A DNA stretch of 25,285 nt from a virus. Lineage: Duplodnaviria; Caudoviricetes. The position numbers and the translations under genes were made by a program. The first letter of the stretch is position 1. Every line of letters begins with the position of its first letter. Positions 8,401-16,841 of this stretch are shown in pieces. A model generated the notes under the pieces. It was not told where the DNA came from, made no database searches, and worked only from the letters and a program-made list of their open reading frames with translations. The DNA is taken from positions 1 through 25,285 of the IMG/VR virus record IMGVR_UViG_3300020411_002201. One strand, given 5' to 3'.

Positions 8401-8743
8401 TATGGCAGAAAAACATGGTTTGGGTGGAATTTATAAAGCAATGATGGGTGTTGTTGATGGTGGTGATATTTCCTCTGGATTGAGGGAATTAGCACCAGAA
8501 TTGGGTGTTGATAAGAGAGTTCTTGGTATTGTTGATGAAGTTGGAGAGGTCTTTAGGAATGGAAAGATTGATACTGAATATGCTTTACAGACTGCTCTTG
8601 AATTAGTACCAATACCTATTATTGTTGAAAGATTACAAGCAACTCCTGTCCCAGTTGATTCTAGTTCAGGTGTTGGTGAACAGTTATCATCATCTGGTGG
8701 TGTTAGAGGGTTGTTAAATAGAATGGCAGGAGGATTTGGATAA
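5486..8743 (+). CDS. Tape-measure-like / baseplate hub protein 1 (gp29-equivalent position)
   Basis: 1085 aa with GTG start; helical, Gly/Ala/Lys-rich, periodic W/F amphipathic segments and hydrophobic stretches; lies between the chaperones and the hub gene. Confidence 0.7.
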   Translation: MATKIAPYKLVNITGASGKVTPAVRAARKGIYAKNRLGLTVSTLGGLTGSLRDIAISNVKIDVLEKRLARRRDQKERDQEAEDFAEMQKLSSDKKGKARKPSKKEKNSFGKIFGWMGQLWGPIAKFIIQLLSFYVIKDLIKWVGDPENREKLQVFVEKFVFVVQKLFDFAKWIIGDNILDGLTGLISGKDADGNPIGFIGQVKNLGKLLFGFISLRYLLNPFALIGDIIGLLDFIMNWRVPDFGLGRQKGPNRIRGPKGKNKIKFKKKKNKWWEFFKKKKNSLTRATDSYRRFIKGTSNFGDRLRLLRRGQIGLRGLFRKGARGEDLVKAKQWQIPKGIREFPGKAKDWFGAKTKPVIQGLRNKIDNLKLGEKLKSLPGDLKKGWGKTWKNIKGIKDAKWVKGAQELGMEIGSKANKMFKGAKNWTGKAAGAFGGWAKRNLKRIWNLPGNIEKGLKNKVFGPIYNKYIKPVIGAVSSAGNRLLGALNNVPWIGKMTEALRKRGITWGSFGKFTGRWGRRLNAALPFIGGLGNFYFSKVAFESGDNIGGVLEGLAGALTIGGGISTATGVGATWGGPMIALGTALDAYLLARILPGIGPAILQWEEDGGLLQIIPGLTSIVDGLTGAIGPTAKDKSKEVDKILSGKDEDKKGSSSGILGTISSNTEDMVNADKEIKKAEKEKKKPWWKFWGGDKKVESTTTAITKKEETKQEVEKKKPWWKFWGGKKEVGGSLSSTYKGQTISGYGKIELHFFKGFIDLIKKPFEWVADGVSTVAGWIGDAIEGVGNLASDIMNSELGQILSIALPIIFPQYKWIETLITGMRAFSALSNGNPIAAVISLWNTGANIFPETFGNISDKVGTWFDNNIGSKFSGIWEKGKALYDGFMDTKVGKISSALIQGNWGGALGAAIEGTGFEQGLAAFGAQIDAAGLSGVLGMSPGITSAIANIPGLDQLPGVNSLVSGGFSPAAFVSGMAEKHGLGGIYKAMMGVVDGGDISSGLRELAPELGVDKRVLGIVDEVGEVFRNGKIDTEYALQTALELVPIPIIVERLQATPVPVDSSSGVGEQLSSSGGVRGLLNRMAGGFG
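7523..7657 (+). repeat. 36-nt direct repeat (7523-7558, 7622-7657) encoding EKKKPWWKFWGG
   Basis: Two copies with one synonymous mismatch, 99 nt apart. Confidence 0.9.
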
Positions 8744-11728
8744 ATGGCAAAAACTGTAAAGATAAACATGTATAAGTTTATCGATGTTGAAAAACAATCG
8801 GCATCATCTGGAGTTGGTAGCCAAGCCGAAGCTGAGAATAAATTAGTATCTACTATTAATCTCAATACAATGGCTATCAATAATATTGGTAGTGTATTGA
8901 ATGGAACTATTACCACTTTAATAGAACTTAAAAATATTGAAGAAGATAGATTAGAGGAAAGAAGAAAAGATTTAAGAAAGATAAAACCTACTGATGCTAA
9001 GATAAAACCAAATAAATTTAAGAAGTTTTTCCAAAATATAAGATCATTTAAAGCACCAGGATTTTTTGATAGTCTTTTGAAATTATTGGGATCCTTATTT
9101 AAGTTGATGGTTGTTTGGCCATTGTTGAAATGGTTAGGTGATCCTAAAAATCATACAAAGATTAAGAATACTCTTATTAAATTACATAAGATTTTTAGTG
9201 CTATTGCTAAGTTTGTTAGTTCCCAAGTTGTTGGGATGGTTGATGATCTGTATAATCTTCTTAGTGACGAAACAGATCCTTGGACAAAAATAAAGTCATT
9301 TGTGAGTATATGGCTTAAATTTGCAGGAGCATTTTTAGCAATTAGATACCTTACTCAACCTTGGAAGATAATTGGCGACTTTATGAGAGTTTGGCAGTTA
9401 TTTGATAGGAGAGGTAGAAGAACCAAATCAATGCTCTTAAAGAGGAAAGGTCGTCTTTTGATGACTGGTGGTAAAGCTGGTAAATGGTTCCTTGGTGGAT
9501 TTATTGGTGCTACTGCATTATGGGCAGCAATGGAATTTTTATTCCCACGTAAGACTGCTGAGGGTACTATAGAAGCTGAAATGGATGCCTCTGGAAATCT
9601 TCCTGGTGATCCAGGATATGATGAAAGTACTAGAGGTCATTATGCAAAGTCAGGTGACAAAGATGCTGTAGGAGAACTTGAGAGGAATCAAAGATCAATT
9701 GATTCTCAAATGTCAATTGCTCGTTATGGTGAAGATTTAACAAATGATGGAGTATACGATTCTCATCAGAATCTTAATTGGAGAGATGGAGAAACTAAAT
9801 TAAAGGATCAAGATAAGTTACCCGATAAGGTAAAAAATAAAGCTGATGAGATGCATAAAGAGCCTTGGTGGAAGGCTATTACAGATTTACCTGGAAAACT
9901 TAAAGAAACTCTTGAAGGGAAATCTGATGAGGATAAGGCTTATGATAAGAATAAGAGTCTTCTAGCAGAAATTACTGGTTGGACTGCTGCTAATGAATTG
10001 GCAAATACTACATTAAAGGATATGAAGCAGAAGTATTCTTATGATAAGGATGCTGCTGGTGATGAACATAAATTTAATGTTATTCGTGCTGTTTCTAGTA
10101 TTTTTGGTTCTTTAACTGGCAATGATAATGCTATACAAGAATCTACTAACAAAGCTATTAGTAGTTTTAAATCCATTGAAAAGGGATTTAAAGAAAAGGA
10201 TACTAAGAGTTTTTGGGAGAGTATGAAGGAGGGATTTGGTATATGGAGTAAAGATAAACGTGAGATGGGAGGTGGCATTAATGGTATGGGTAGTGGTATA
10301 ATAGCAGGACCGAATTCTGGATTTCCTGTGCATATGCATCCATCATTACCACCTTCCTTTATAGGTCATGGTGTAGAATATGTTGCTACTAAAGGTGATG
10401 GTAAAGGATATGTTATACCACTTGATAATTTTGCTACAAGAAGAGATCCAACTATAACTTCAAAAGCAATACGAAGAGCACAGAGTATGGGATTCAATCT
10501 CTCAGATCTTGGTGTTAAGAGATTACAACAGGGTGGTAGTTTTGGACCTGCTTTACATCATCCTACCTCAAGAAGTATTCCTAAATTTAGTGGTATATCT
10601 GATAAAGCATTGAATAAGAGGTTGATTGCAGAAGGTAAGAAGGGTGCTAAGAAAACAGAGGATCCTGGTCATGATTTATTTAAAAAATTAATTCTTGCGG
10701 AAGCTAGAGGTGAAGGATTAGGTGGTATGGCAATGGTGGCAAGATCTGTTTTGAATAGACAGGCTATTATTGAAGAGACTGGTAATCCAGGAACATTTAT
10801 GGCAAAGAGTGGATCTCTTCTGGATATTATTAATGCACCTGGTCAGTATTCTCCTGTCCAAAATGGTGCTATTGACAAAAAGTTTACTCCTGCAGAATTA
10901 GGTCTTGCTGATAGAGCTATTGGTATTGCAAAGAGTCATGAAAGACTGAAAGGTGTTTTAACTACTGGTGGTATTGATGAAAGAAAATTAATGAAACTGA
11001 TGTCTGCAACTGGATTCCGTAATTATTCTGCAGGTGCTGAGTATGATAGATCTCAAGATGTTAATCAAGTTAAATTTGGAAATCATACCTTTAATACTGC
11101 TGGAAATGAGAATCTTGATACTAGATTCTTGACAAGAGATGAGAAGCAGAGTGGAATATTCCAGAAACTATTATCTCCAGAAGGACTTAGTTTGGGTGAT
11201 AAGACAGAACTTAAGAAAGCTGGTACTGCTTATACTAAGAAGACTGGACGGATAGGTGGTGGTTTATTTGGTGGAGGAATGGGTGATGCTCAAGAAATGA
11301 TGGGTGGTAAGAGTGGTGGTGGTTTATTTGATATGTTAACTAATGTATTTGGTGGCGGACCTCGTGGTGATCAACGAGGAGGTGGTGGTCAAAGACAAGG
11401 TGGTGGTAAGAATGTGAAGAGATCACAGGCAAAGAAAGATGACCAAGCAAAAGTTGAAAGAGCAACAAGAGAGAGGAATAGGGCAAGGGCTGAGATTAAT
11501 GCTAGAACTAAGGAAATAGTTCAAACAACTTTGGGTGCTGTTGAGCAATCTAATGCACAAACCAGAGCATATATATCTGGAGCACAACAAACTGTTACTA
11601 CTATTGTTAAGAGGACACAGGGTAACCAACCTGGTAAGGGTAGTGCTCAAGCTCCTGGCGGTATGTTTGGTGCTCTAATTAAAACTACTGCAGCAGTTTT
11701 AAATTCATTTAACAATCCATTGAGGTGA
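8744..11728 (+). CDS. Tape-measure-like protein 2 with SleB/Hydrolase_2-type cell wall hydrolase domain
   Basis: N-terminus paralogous to the preceding gene; GPNSGFP..GHGVEYV..VIPLD motif; LILAEARGEG..GMAMVARSVLNR..IINAPGQYSP..GNHTF; AGGAGG RBS at 8728-8733. Confidence 0.75.
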   Translation: MAKTVKINMYKFIDVEKQSASSGVGSQAEAENKLVSTINLNTMAINNIGSVLNGTITTLIELKNIEEDRLEERRKDLRKIKPTDAKIKPNKFKKFFQNIRSFKAPGFFDSLLKLLGSLFKLMVVWPLLKWLGDPKNHTKIKNTLIKLHKIFSAIAKFVSSQVVGMVDDLYNLLSDETDPWTKIKSFVSIWLKFAGAFLAIRYLTQPWKIIGDFMRVWQLFDRRGRRTKSMLLKRKGRLLMTGGKAGKWFLGGFIGATALWAAMEFLFPRKTAEGTIEAEMDASGNLPGDPGYDESTRGHYAKSGDKDAVGELERNQRSIDSQMSIARYGEDLTNDGVYDSHQNLNWRDGETKLKDQDKLPDKVKNKADEMHKEPWWKAITDLPGKLKETLEGKSDEDKAYDKNKSLLAEITGWTAANELANTTLKDMKQKYSYDKDAAGDEHKFNVIRAVSSIFGSLTGNDNAIQESTNKAISSFKSIEKGFKEKDTKSFWESMKEGFGIWSKDKREMGGGINGMGSGIIAGPNSGFPVHMHPSLPPSFIGHGVEYVATKGDGKGYVIPLDNFATRRDPTITSKAIRRAQSMGFNLSDLGVKRLQQGGSFGPALHHPTSRSIPKFSGISDKALNKRLIAEGKKGAKKTEDPGHDLFKKLILAEARGEGLGGMAMVARSVLNRQAIIEETGNPGTFMAKSGSLLDIINAPGQYSPVQNGAIDKKFTPAELGLADRAIGIAKSHERLKGVLTTGGIDERKLMKLMSATGFRNYSAGAEYDRSQDVNQVKFGNHTFNTAGNENLDTRFLTRDEKQSGIFQKLLSPEGLSLGDKTELKKAGTAYTKKTGRIGGGLFGGGMGDAQEMMGGKSGGGLFDMLTNVFGGGPRGDQRGGGGQRQGGGKNVKRSQAKKDDQAKVERATRERNRARAEINARTKEIVQTTLGAVEQSNAQTRAYISGAQQTVTTIVKRTQGNQPGKGSAQAPGGMFGALIKTTAAVLNSFNNPLR

Positions 11729-11732
11729 TAGA

Positions 11733-13118
11733 ATGTCATTAACAAGAACTGGTCCTGGTGATGCTGAAGTAGAATTTAGTATTTACAATAGCGGTAAAAG
11801 AGTTGAGACACCTGATGGTAAGTATGATTTAACAGAATATTTGGCTGGTTGGGAAGTATTTGAAAGCATAAGTTCAGCAACTCAAGAAGCCAAATTTGTT
11901 ATAGAAGATCAAGGTGGATTGTTGGATTCTTTAACAGGTACAGAAGAATTTCGTTTATTGGTTAAAACTGGATTGACTGATAGAACTTATTATTTTAGAA
12001 CCTATCAAATAGAATCTCGTGTGAGAGTCGGTCAATCTAGTGACTTCTTCCAAATTAATGCTTGTTCAAATGAGTTTGTTAAAAATGAGGTTACTAATGT
12101 ATTTGGTTCAAGTGAGAAAATTTTTAATAAGAAAATTAAAGCAGAAGAAATTACTAGAGTATTAGTAAAAGATAGAAAATTTTTGAATAGTAAGAAAAAG
12201 ATTTTTTTAGAAGAAACTCTCAACAAACAAACATTTGTTGCTCCTAATTGGAGGGCAATTGATACAATTTTCTGGTGTGCTAATAGAAGTATACGTAAGA
12301 ATCCTAAAGGTGGGACATTACAAAATGGTTTCTTATTTTGGGAAAATGCTCTTGGGTTTAACTTTAAATCGATTGATAAAATTATTGATGATGTAAATGA
12401 TAATGATGGAAAGAAAGATACTGATATGAAGAAGGGTATCGGTAAGTTGTATACTTATGTTTATTCACCTAAAAACTTTACGAGAGATGGTGATGATCAA
12501 TATTCTATTGATACTATTACTTTTCCTGATGAGAAAAGTTATCTAATGGGATTAAGGCATGGCACTTGGTCTGGATATAGTGTTGGTTTTGATCCAGTTA
12601 ATATAGTTAAATCTCGTTGGGGTGTTAGTACTGATATGAAAAAGGATGAGTATCGGTATGGTGTTAAGAAATTATGGAAAAAAATGTCCCATATTGGTAA
12701 ATCTACTGCTGTGAATCCAGTCAATAATATGGATGATGAAATCAGGAATATAGTTGACTTTCCTAAAAGGGTTCGTTATACTATGCTTCCTAACCAAATT
12801 TTTGACCCCAAATATAAAAATAACCCACAATCAAATTATGAGGAATTGGTTGAATTGCAAGCATACCAATGGATGAGGATAGAAACCCTTAGAAACATTA
12901 GGATGGTTATATCAGTTCCTGGTAATTTAGATTTATATGCTGGTAGTGGTGTAAAGGTCGATATGCCAGCTACAAGATTATCTGGTGATAGACCAATACC
13001 TGATAAAAAGTATAATGGTAAATGGGTTATTGCTGGAATTAATCATTCTGGTGTTGGGTCAAGTTCTAAAATGAAGACAGAACTGTTTTTATGTAAGGAT
13101 TCGGTTAGCAAAAGATAA
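11733..13118 (+). CDS. Baseplate hub protein, gp27-like
   Basis: VFESISS, FVAPNWR.IDTI.W, FLFWEN..GFNFKSID, ISVPGNLDLYAGS.V, KYNGKWVIAGINH, T.L.L.KDS; upstream of gp5. Confidence 0.7.
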   Translation: MSLTRTGPGDAEVEFSIYNSGKRVETPDGKYDLTEYLAGWEVFESISSATQEAKFVIEDQGGLLDSLTGTEEFRLLVKTGLTDRTYYFRTYQIESRVRVGQSSDFFQINACSNEFVKNEVTNVFGSSEKIFNKKIKAEEITRVLVKDRKFLNSKKKIFLEETLNKQTFVAPNWRAIDTIFWCANRSIRKNPKGGTLQNGFLFWENALGFNFKSIDKIIDDVNDNDGKKDTDMKKGIGKLYTYVYSPKNFTRDGDDQYSIDTITFPDEKSYLMGLRHGTWSGYSVGFDPVNIVKSRWGVSTDMKKDEYRYGVKKLWKKMSHIGKSTAVNPVNNMDDEIRNIVDFPKRVRYTMLPNQIFDPKYKNNPQSNYEELVELQAYQWMRIETLRNIRMVISVPGNLDLYAGSGVKVDMPATRLSGDRPIPDKKYNGKWVIAGINHSGVGSSSKMKTELFLCKDSVSKR

Positions 13119-13121
13119 ATA
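13114..13121 (+). promoter_or_regulatory. Late promoter motif GATAAATA upstream of cp12
   Basis: Overlaps the hub gene stop codon; GGAGA RBS at 13141. Confidence 0.6.
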
Positions 13122-13153
13122 GTTATTGTTACCTAGTAACGGAGAATAAAATT

Positions 13154-13381
13154 ATGAAAACTATCGAAGAACACATTCAAGCAGATAGAGATATTCTTGA
13201 TAATCCAACAATTAGTCCTGCAGCTCGTAGGCATGTTGCAGAAGAGTTACATGAGTTAGAAGTTTATCGTGAGCACCATATCGAAGAGATTAATGCTGGT
13301 GACCATCATGATCCTAATACCATTGAACTATTCTGTGAAATGCATCCTGATGAGCCAGAGTGCCTAGTGTATGACGATTAA
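13154..13381 (+). CDS. cp12: CP12 Calvin cycle inhibitor
   Basis: C-terminal FCEMHPDEPECLVYDD signature, plus the phage/picocyanobacterial-type MKTIEEHI..ARRHVAEEL N-terminus. Confidence 0.95.
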   Translation: MKTIEEHIQADRDILDNPTISPAARRHVAEELHELEVYREHHIEEINAGDHHDPNTIELFCEMHPDEPECLVYDD

Positions 13382-13842
13382 TGAATAATTTTTTATCATG
13401 GTTACTTGGAACTTGGTCTAATAAAATTCAAGCACAATCCAGTCCTTTACTTTACAAACAAGTATTTGTAAGGTGGGAGGATGACGGAGAGTTTCTACAT
13501 TCTGTGCATTGGGGTAGAAAGGAAGAACGCAATCCATATTTAACAACTAATAAAAAACTAAAAGTACTATCCGATACTGAAGTTATACTTGAGCATTGGG
13601 GTGGTACTTATAGTGGGTTTACAAGGAATGAGAGTTGTGATATGATAATGAAGTTTGATGGTTCCGCATGGATGGGTAAGTTTGATACCAGTATGGATGA
13701 AACTGGAGAAGTAATAACTGGTCATGCAGAACTTGCTGTCTTTGGACATAAACTTTTTATGCGAGACAGGTTTATAGATTCAAAAGGTAAGATTATCTGG
13801 GGAGCAGATGAGATCTATAAGTTTAACAGAATAAATACATAA
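13381..13842 (+). CDS. cpeT: CpeT/CpcT-like phycobiliprotein lyase
   Basis: LLGTWSNKIQAQSSP, PY, SCDM, DR..D..GKIIWG...YKF.R. Confidence 0.85.
   Translation: MNNFLSWLLGTWSNKIQAQSSPLLYKQVFVRWEDDGEFLHSVHWGRKEERNPYLTTNKKLKVLSDTEVILEHWGGTYSGFTRNESCDMIMKFDGSAWMGKFDTSMDETGEVITGHAELAVFGHKLFMRDRFIDSKGKIIWGADEIYKFNRINT
13830..13837 (+). promoter_or_regulatory. Late promoter motif AATAAATA upstream of gp5
   Basis: NATAAATA 20 nt before the ATG at 13858. Confidence 0.6.
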
Positions 13843-13857
13843 AAACCGTATCACAAG

Positions 13858-16449
13858 ATGTTACAGCAAGAAGCTACCTCAATTGATGGAATTGTAAATG
13901 AACCTACGATTAACTTTGTAGGTAAAGATGGTTTTTGGTGGTGGGTAGGAGAAGTTGAAGATAATGAAGACCCTATGGAGTTAGGTAGGGTTAAAGTGAG
14001 ATGTCTTGGATATTATACCAATATTCGTGGTGGTACTACTGCTGATTTAAAAACAGATCATTTACCTTGGGCTACTGTATTACAACATACATCTCAAGCA
14101 GGTAATGATGGTCAAGGTGAGTCTTCTGGACAGTTGCAGCCTGGTGCAATTGTTATGGGATTTTTTATGGATGGTGAAAATGCACAGATGCCTTTGGTTT
14201 TAGGTGTTATGCGTTTGAATAAATCTTCAGGTTCGAGAGAAAAGAAAGAATTTGCTTTTACTGGTGAATCAATGAGTTCAACCAGTACAGGTACTATTAA
14301 TCCAGCATCTAATAAACCAGGAGATCCTAATAGCATTTCTACCGATAACGTAAGAAGACCTGGAGTTTCAAATAATAGTGTTTCTACTGTTGCAGCAGCA
14401 AAAACTACACAAATTGGTGGAAAGGGATCTCCTAGTAATATAGGTACAACACCTGGAGTTAACGGTAGTGGTGGTAATCCCACTAAACCTAGACAACCAT
14501 CTAAACCTATTCCTGTTGGACAAGGTGTTGGTGGTCCTTGGAAGAGTGTAGATTATCAATTATCATATCTTTTAGAAGATTTGGCTGATAAATCTGCACT
14601 GTTGGTAAAGGATGAGAGTGGAGATTTCTTTAATGTAATTACTGGTAAAATTGTTACAGCAAAAGAACTTACAGCAGGTGTTCAAAATTTCTTAGGTGCA
14701 GTATTTACTCAGGCAATAAGTGCTATGAGAGGAGCAGCATCTAATCTTGTTGAAGGATTGGATACTGAGACATTAAAAGAAAAAGCAAATGGCGTTCCTT
14801 ATACTATAATCACTGAGGTTCAAGAAGCAGTTACAGAACTATTATCATCTTTGTGTATTGTTGATAATCAATTAACCCAATTTATACAGGATCCTCTTAG
14901 TGCTGTTACAAGTCAATTGGATTCTTTTTTACAAGGTGCTATTGATAAAGCAACTTTTGTAGCACAGGGGGTAGAGGATGTAATTGATAGGGTTTTCTGT
15001 AATGTTCAAGGTGTTTTGGATTCTCTTTTATCGATAATTGGAAAAGTAACTTCTGCTCTTGATAGTCTTGAAGATGCTAAAGAAGTTATGGATGCATGGA
15101 AATCTGGTGAGCAGATATTTTCTGATGCTACCGATCTATTTGGTCAAGAGAAAATGACATTATCTGGTTTGTTCTCTTTCTTTATGAATCTATTTGGTGG
15201 TGGTAATTGTGAGAGAAAACCTAAAGGTGGTGAAGATGATGCTGGTTGGTTCCCTTTACTTGGTGTAACACATTGTACTCCAGAAGAATTTGCAGAGATT
15301 GATAAGTTTAGGGGTGATAGTAGAGGTAAGTGTGGTGATGGTCAAAGTGGTGGAGGTGGAAGTAAGAGTAGTGGAGGAGGTATCTATGATTCTATTTTTG
15401 AAGAGGCAGATCCATATTTAACTACTGCTAAAACTTGGGTAAATGGTGCTTATGAATTGTATATTGGTACTCCTGGTCGTCAATCTACTCAACAGAAGAG
15501 AGAAAATGGTACTACTTGGACATCTGTTAACATAAACAATACTCAACATCAAGAGTGGATGGCTAAGAGAAGTATTAAAGAGAGTAATCCAGATTTAACT
15601 GAAGAAGAGATTGAGGCAAAGGCTAAAGATAGTGTTAAAAATGCTACTGGTAAGGATAGTGATACAGGTAATTTACAGGCAGACCATATTAGTTGGGCTG
15701 GTACTAAGACTGAAGAAGTTCATGGTGATGATTGTAAAGTTATTGATTTGGATTACTGTAGAACAGTACAGGGTGATGTTAGGTTAAAATGTACTGGAGA
15801 TTTCCATCTTGAAGTGGGTGGTGCATTTCTTATGAACGCTCAAGGAGCACCTAAGCAAGTAGATAAGAAAGGTAATAAGAAGAGTGATGAAGTGCAAAAG
15901 CATACTATATCATTTGGTTCTGATGTTGACTGGGGTTTCCACGGTTCAAAATTGGAATGGAACGCATCTGAAATAAAGTTAGCAGGTCAGAAGATTTCAA
16001 TTACTGGTAAGGAATGGGATAATGCATGTAAAATACAAAAAAATTCTGCTGTGGAAATGGCATTAACTTCTGATAACTCTATTAATATGTTAACAACTCA
16101 TTTATTCCAACAGATTAATGAACCAGTTAAGGATCCTTTACCAGAAAAATCTGGTATTACTAGAGTCGTTAGAGGTTCGATAGAAACTACTATGTTGGAT
16201 GAAGGATCTTCAAAAGATGAGATTCCGAGGTATTCTATTGACAATAAGTATGGACCATGTACAATGGTATTTGGTGAGAAGGGAATGAATACTACTATTG
16301 AGGATGAAGGTGCTTATAAGTTAGATGTTAAGGGTGGTCCTATGTCTATGGAGTGTAAGAAAAATGCAACTATCTTTGCTGATAAGGATATGACTATAGA
16401 ATGTACAGAGACTATGAAGTTAATTGGAAAAGAGATCCATTTGAACTAA
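13858..16449 (+). CDS. gp5: Baseplate central spike, gp5-like (OB-fold N-terminus)
   Basis: GKDGFWWWVGEVEDNEDP..LGRVKVRCLGY, LPWA, G..V.GFFMDG..AQ.P.VLG; C-terminal beta-strand repeats ending GKEIHLN. Confidence 0.93.
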   Translation: MLQQEATSIDGIVNEPTINFVGKDGFWWWVGEVEDNEDPMELGRVKVRCLGYYTNIRGGTTADLKTDHLPWATVLQHTSQAGNDGQGESSGQLQPGAIVMGFFMDGENAQMPLVLGVMRLNKSSGSREKKEFAFTGESMSSTSTGTINPASNKPGDPNSISTDNVRRPGVSNNSVSTVAAAKTTQIGGKGSPSNIGTTPGVNGSGGNPTKPRQPSKPIPVGQGVGGPWKSVDYQLSYLLEDLADKSALLVKDESGDFFNVITGKIVTAKELTAGVQNFLGAVFTQAISAMRGAASNLVEGLDTETLKEKANGVPYTIITEVQEAVTELLSSLCIVDNQLTQFIQDPLSAVTSQLDSFLQGAIDKATFVAQGVEDVIDRVFCNVQGVLDSLLSIIGKVTSALDSLEDAKEVMDAWKSGEQIFSDATDLFGQEKMTLSGLFSFFMNLFGGGNCERKPKGGEDDAGWFPLLGVTHCTPEEFAEIDKFRGDSRGKCGDGQSGGGGSKSSGGGIYDSIFEEADPYLTTAKTWVNGAYELYIGTPGRQSTQQKRENGTTWTSVNINNTQHQEWMAKRSIKESNPDLTEEEIEAKAKDSVKNATGKDSDTGNLQADHISWAGTKTEEVHGDDCKVIDLDYCRTVQGDVRLKCTGDFHLEVGGAFLMNAQGAPKQVDKKGNKKSDEVQKHTISFGSDVDWGFHGSKLEWNASEIKLAGQKISITGKEWDNACKIQKNSAVEMALTSDNSINMLTTHLFQQINEPVKDPLPEKSGITRVVRGSIETTMLDEGSSKDEIPRYSIDNKYGPCTMVFGEKGMNTTIEDEGAYKLDVKGGPMSMECKKNATIFADKDMTIECTETMKLIGKEIHLN

Positions 16450-16453
16450 TCTA

Positions 16454-16462
16454 TGCTATAAT
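16454..16462 (+). promoter_or_regulatory. Extended -10 sigma70 promoter TGcTATAAT
   Basis: Exact TGnTATAAT just after the gp5 stop, 6 nt before the ATG at 16469. Confidence 0.55.
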
Positions 16463-16468
16463 ATTATT

Positions 16469-16630
16469 ATGGATGAATTACGACAACGACAACTAATAGA
16501 ACTCAAGGAAATTCTTGAGGATACTGTTCAGTATTTTTGTGATGAGAACATGGTCTCTGGTGAGACTGCATGGAATATGGTCGGTGCTTTATCTGATGCG
16601 AAACTAAACGTGGAATTTACTAATGACTGA
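16469..16630 (+). CDS. Small hypothetical protein, 53 aa (below ORF track cut-off)
   Basis: MDELRQRQLIELKEILEDTVQYFCDENMVSGETAWNMVGALSDAKLNVEFTND; fills the gap and overlaps the next start. Confidence 0.75.
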   Translation: MDELRQRQLIELKEILEDTVQYFCDENMVSGETAWNMVGALSDAKLNVEFTND

Positions 16631-16841
16631 TATACAAGATGTAACAGAAGAAGAGGCGGTTAATAACCTGCCTTTTCTTTTAAGTATGACACAGAGAAAT
16701 AGAACTGTTTGGCGTATACGTAGAGAAGATGGTAGTTGCTGCTTACTATCTCCTGTAATACAGTCTGGTCCTCCTGTAGATCAAGATGTCATTGATCAAG
16801 TTGAGGAATTTAAGAAAGAACTCCTTGACACTGCTAACTAA
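16623..16841 (+). CDS. Phd/YefM antitoxin-like protein
   Basis: DVTEEEAVNNLPFLLSM..RNRTVWRIRREDGSCCLLSP aligns by eye with the E. coli YefM N-terminus ([37 protein letters not shown]). Confidence 0.55.
   Translation: MTDIQDVTEEEAVNNLPFLLSMTQRNRTVWRIRREDGSCCLLSPVIQSGPPVDQDVIDQVEEFKKELLDTAN

Noticed and set aside
8741-8746. Stop-codon readthrough or recoding at TAA-ATG
   Set aside because: TAA is an efficient stop, the downstream gene has a strong RBS and its own paralogous N-terminus, and all three stop codons end genes normally elsewhere in the window
8431-8916. 161-aa antisense ORF, and similar antisense ORFs at 389, 3159, 4334, 4688, 5884, 10039, 10112, 11423, 12032, 12539, 13567, 14112, 14368, 16746 and 22725
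   Set aside because: They lie opposite well-supported genes, have no recognisable motifs, and are expected from codon bias
11255-11330. 16-nt direct repeat GGTGGTGGTTTATTTG, 60 nt apart
   Set aside because: Explained by a GGGLF peptide repeat in a Gly-rich region
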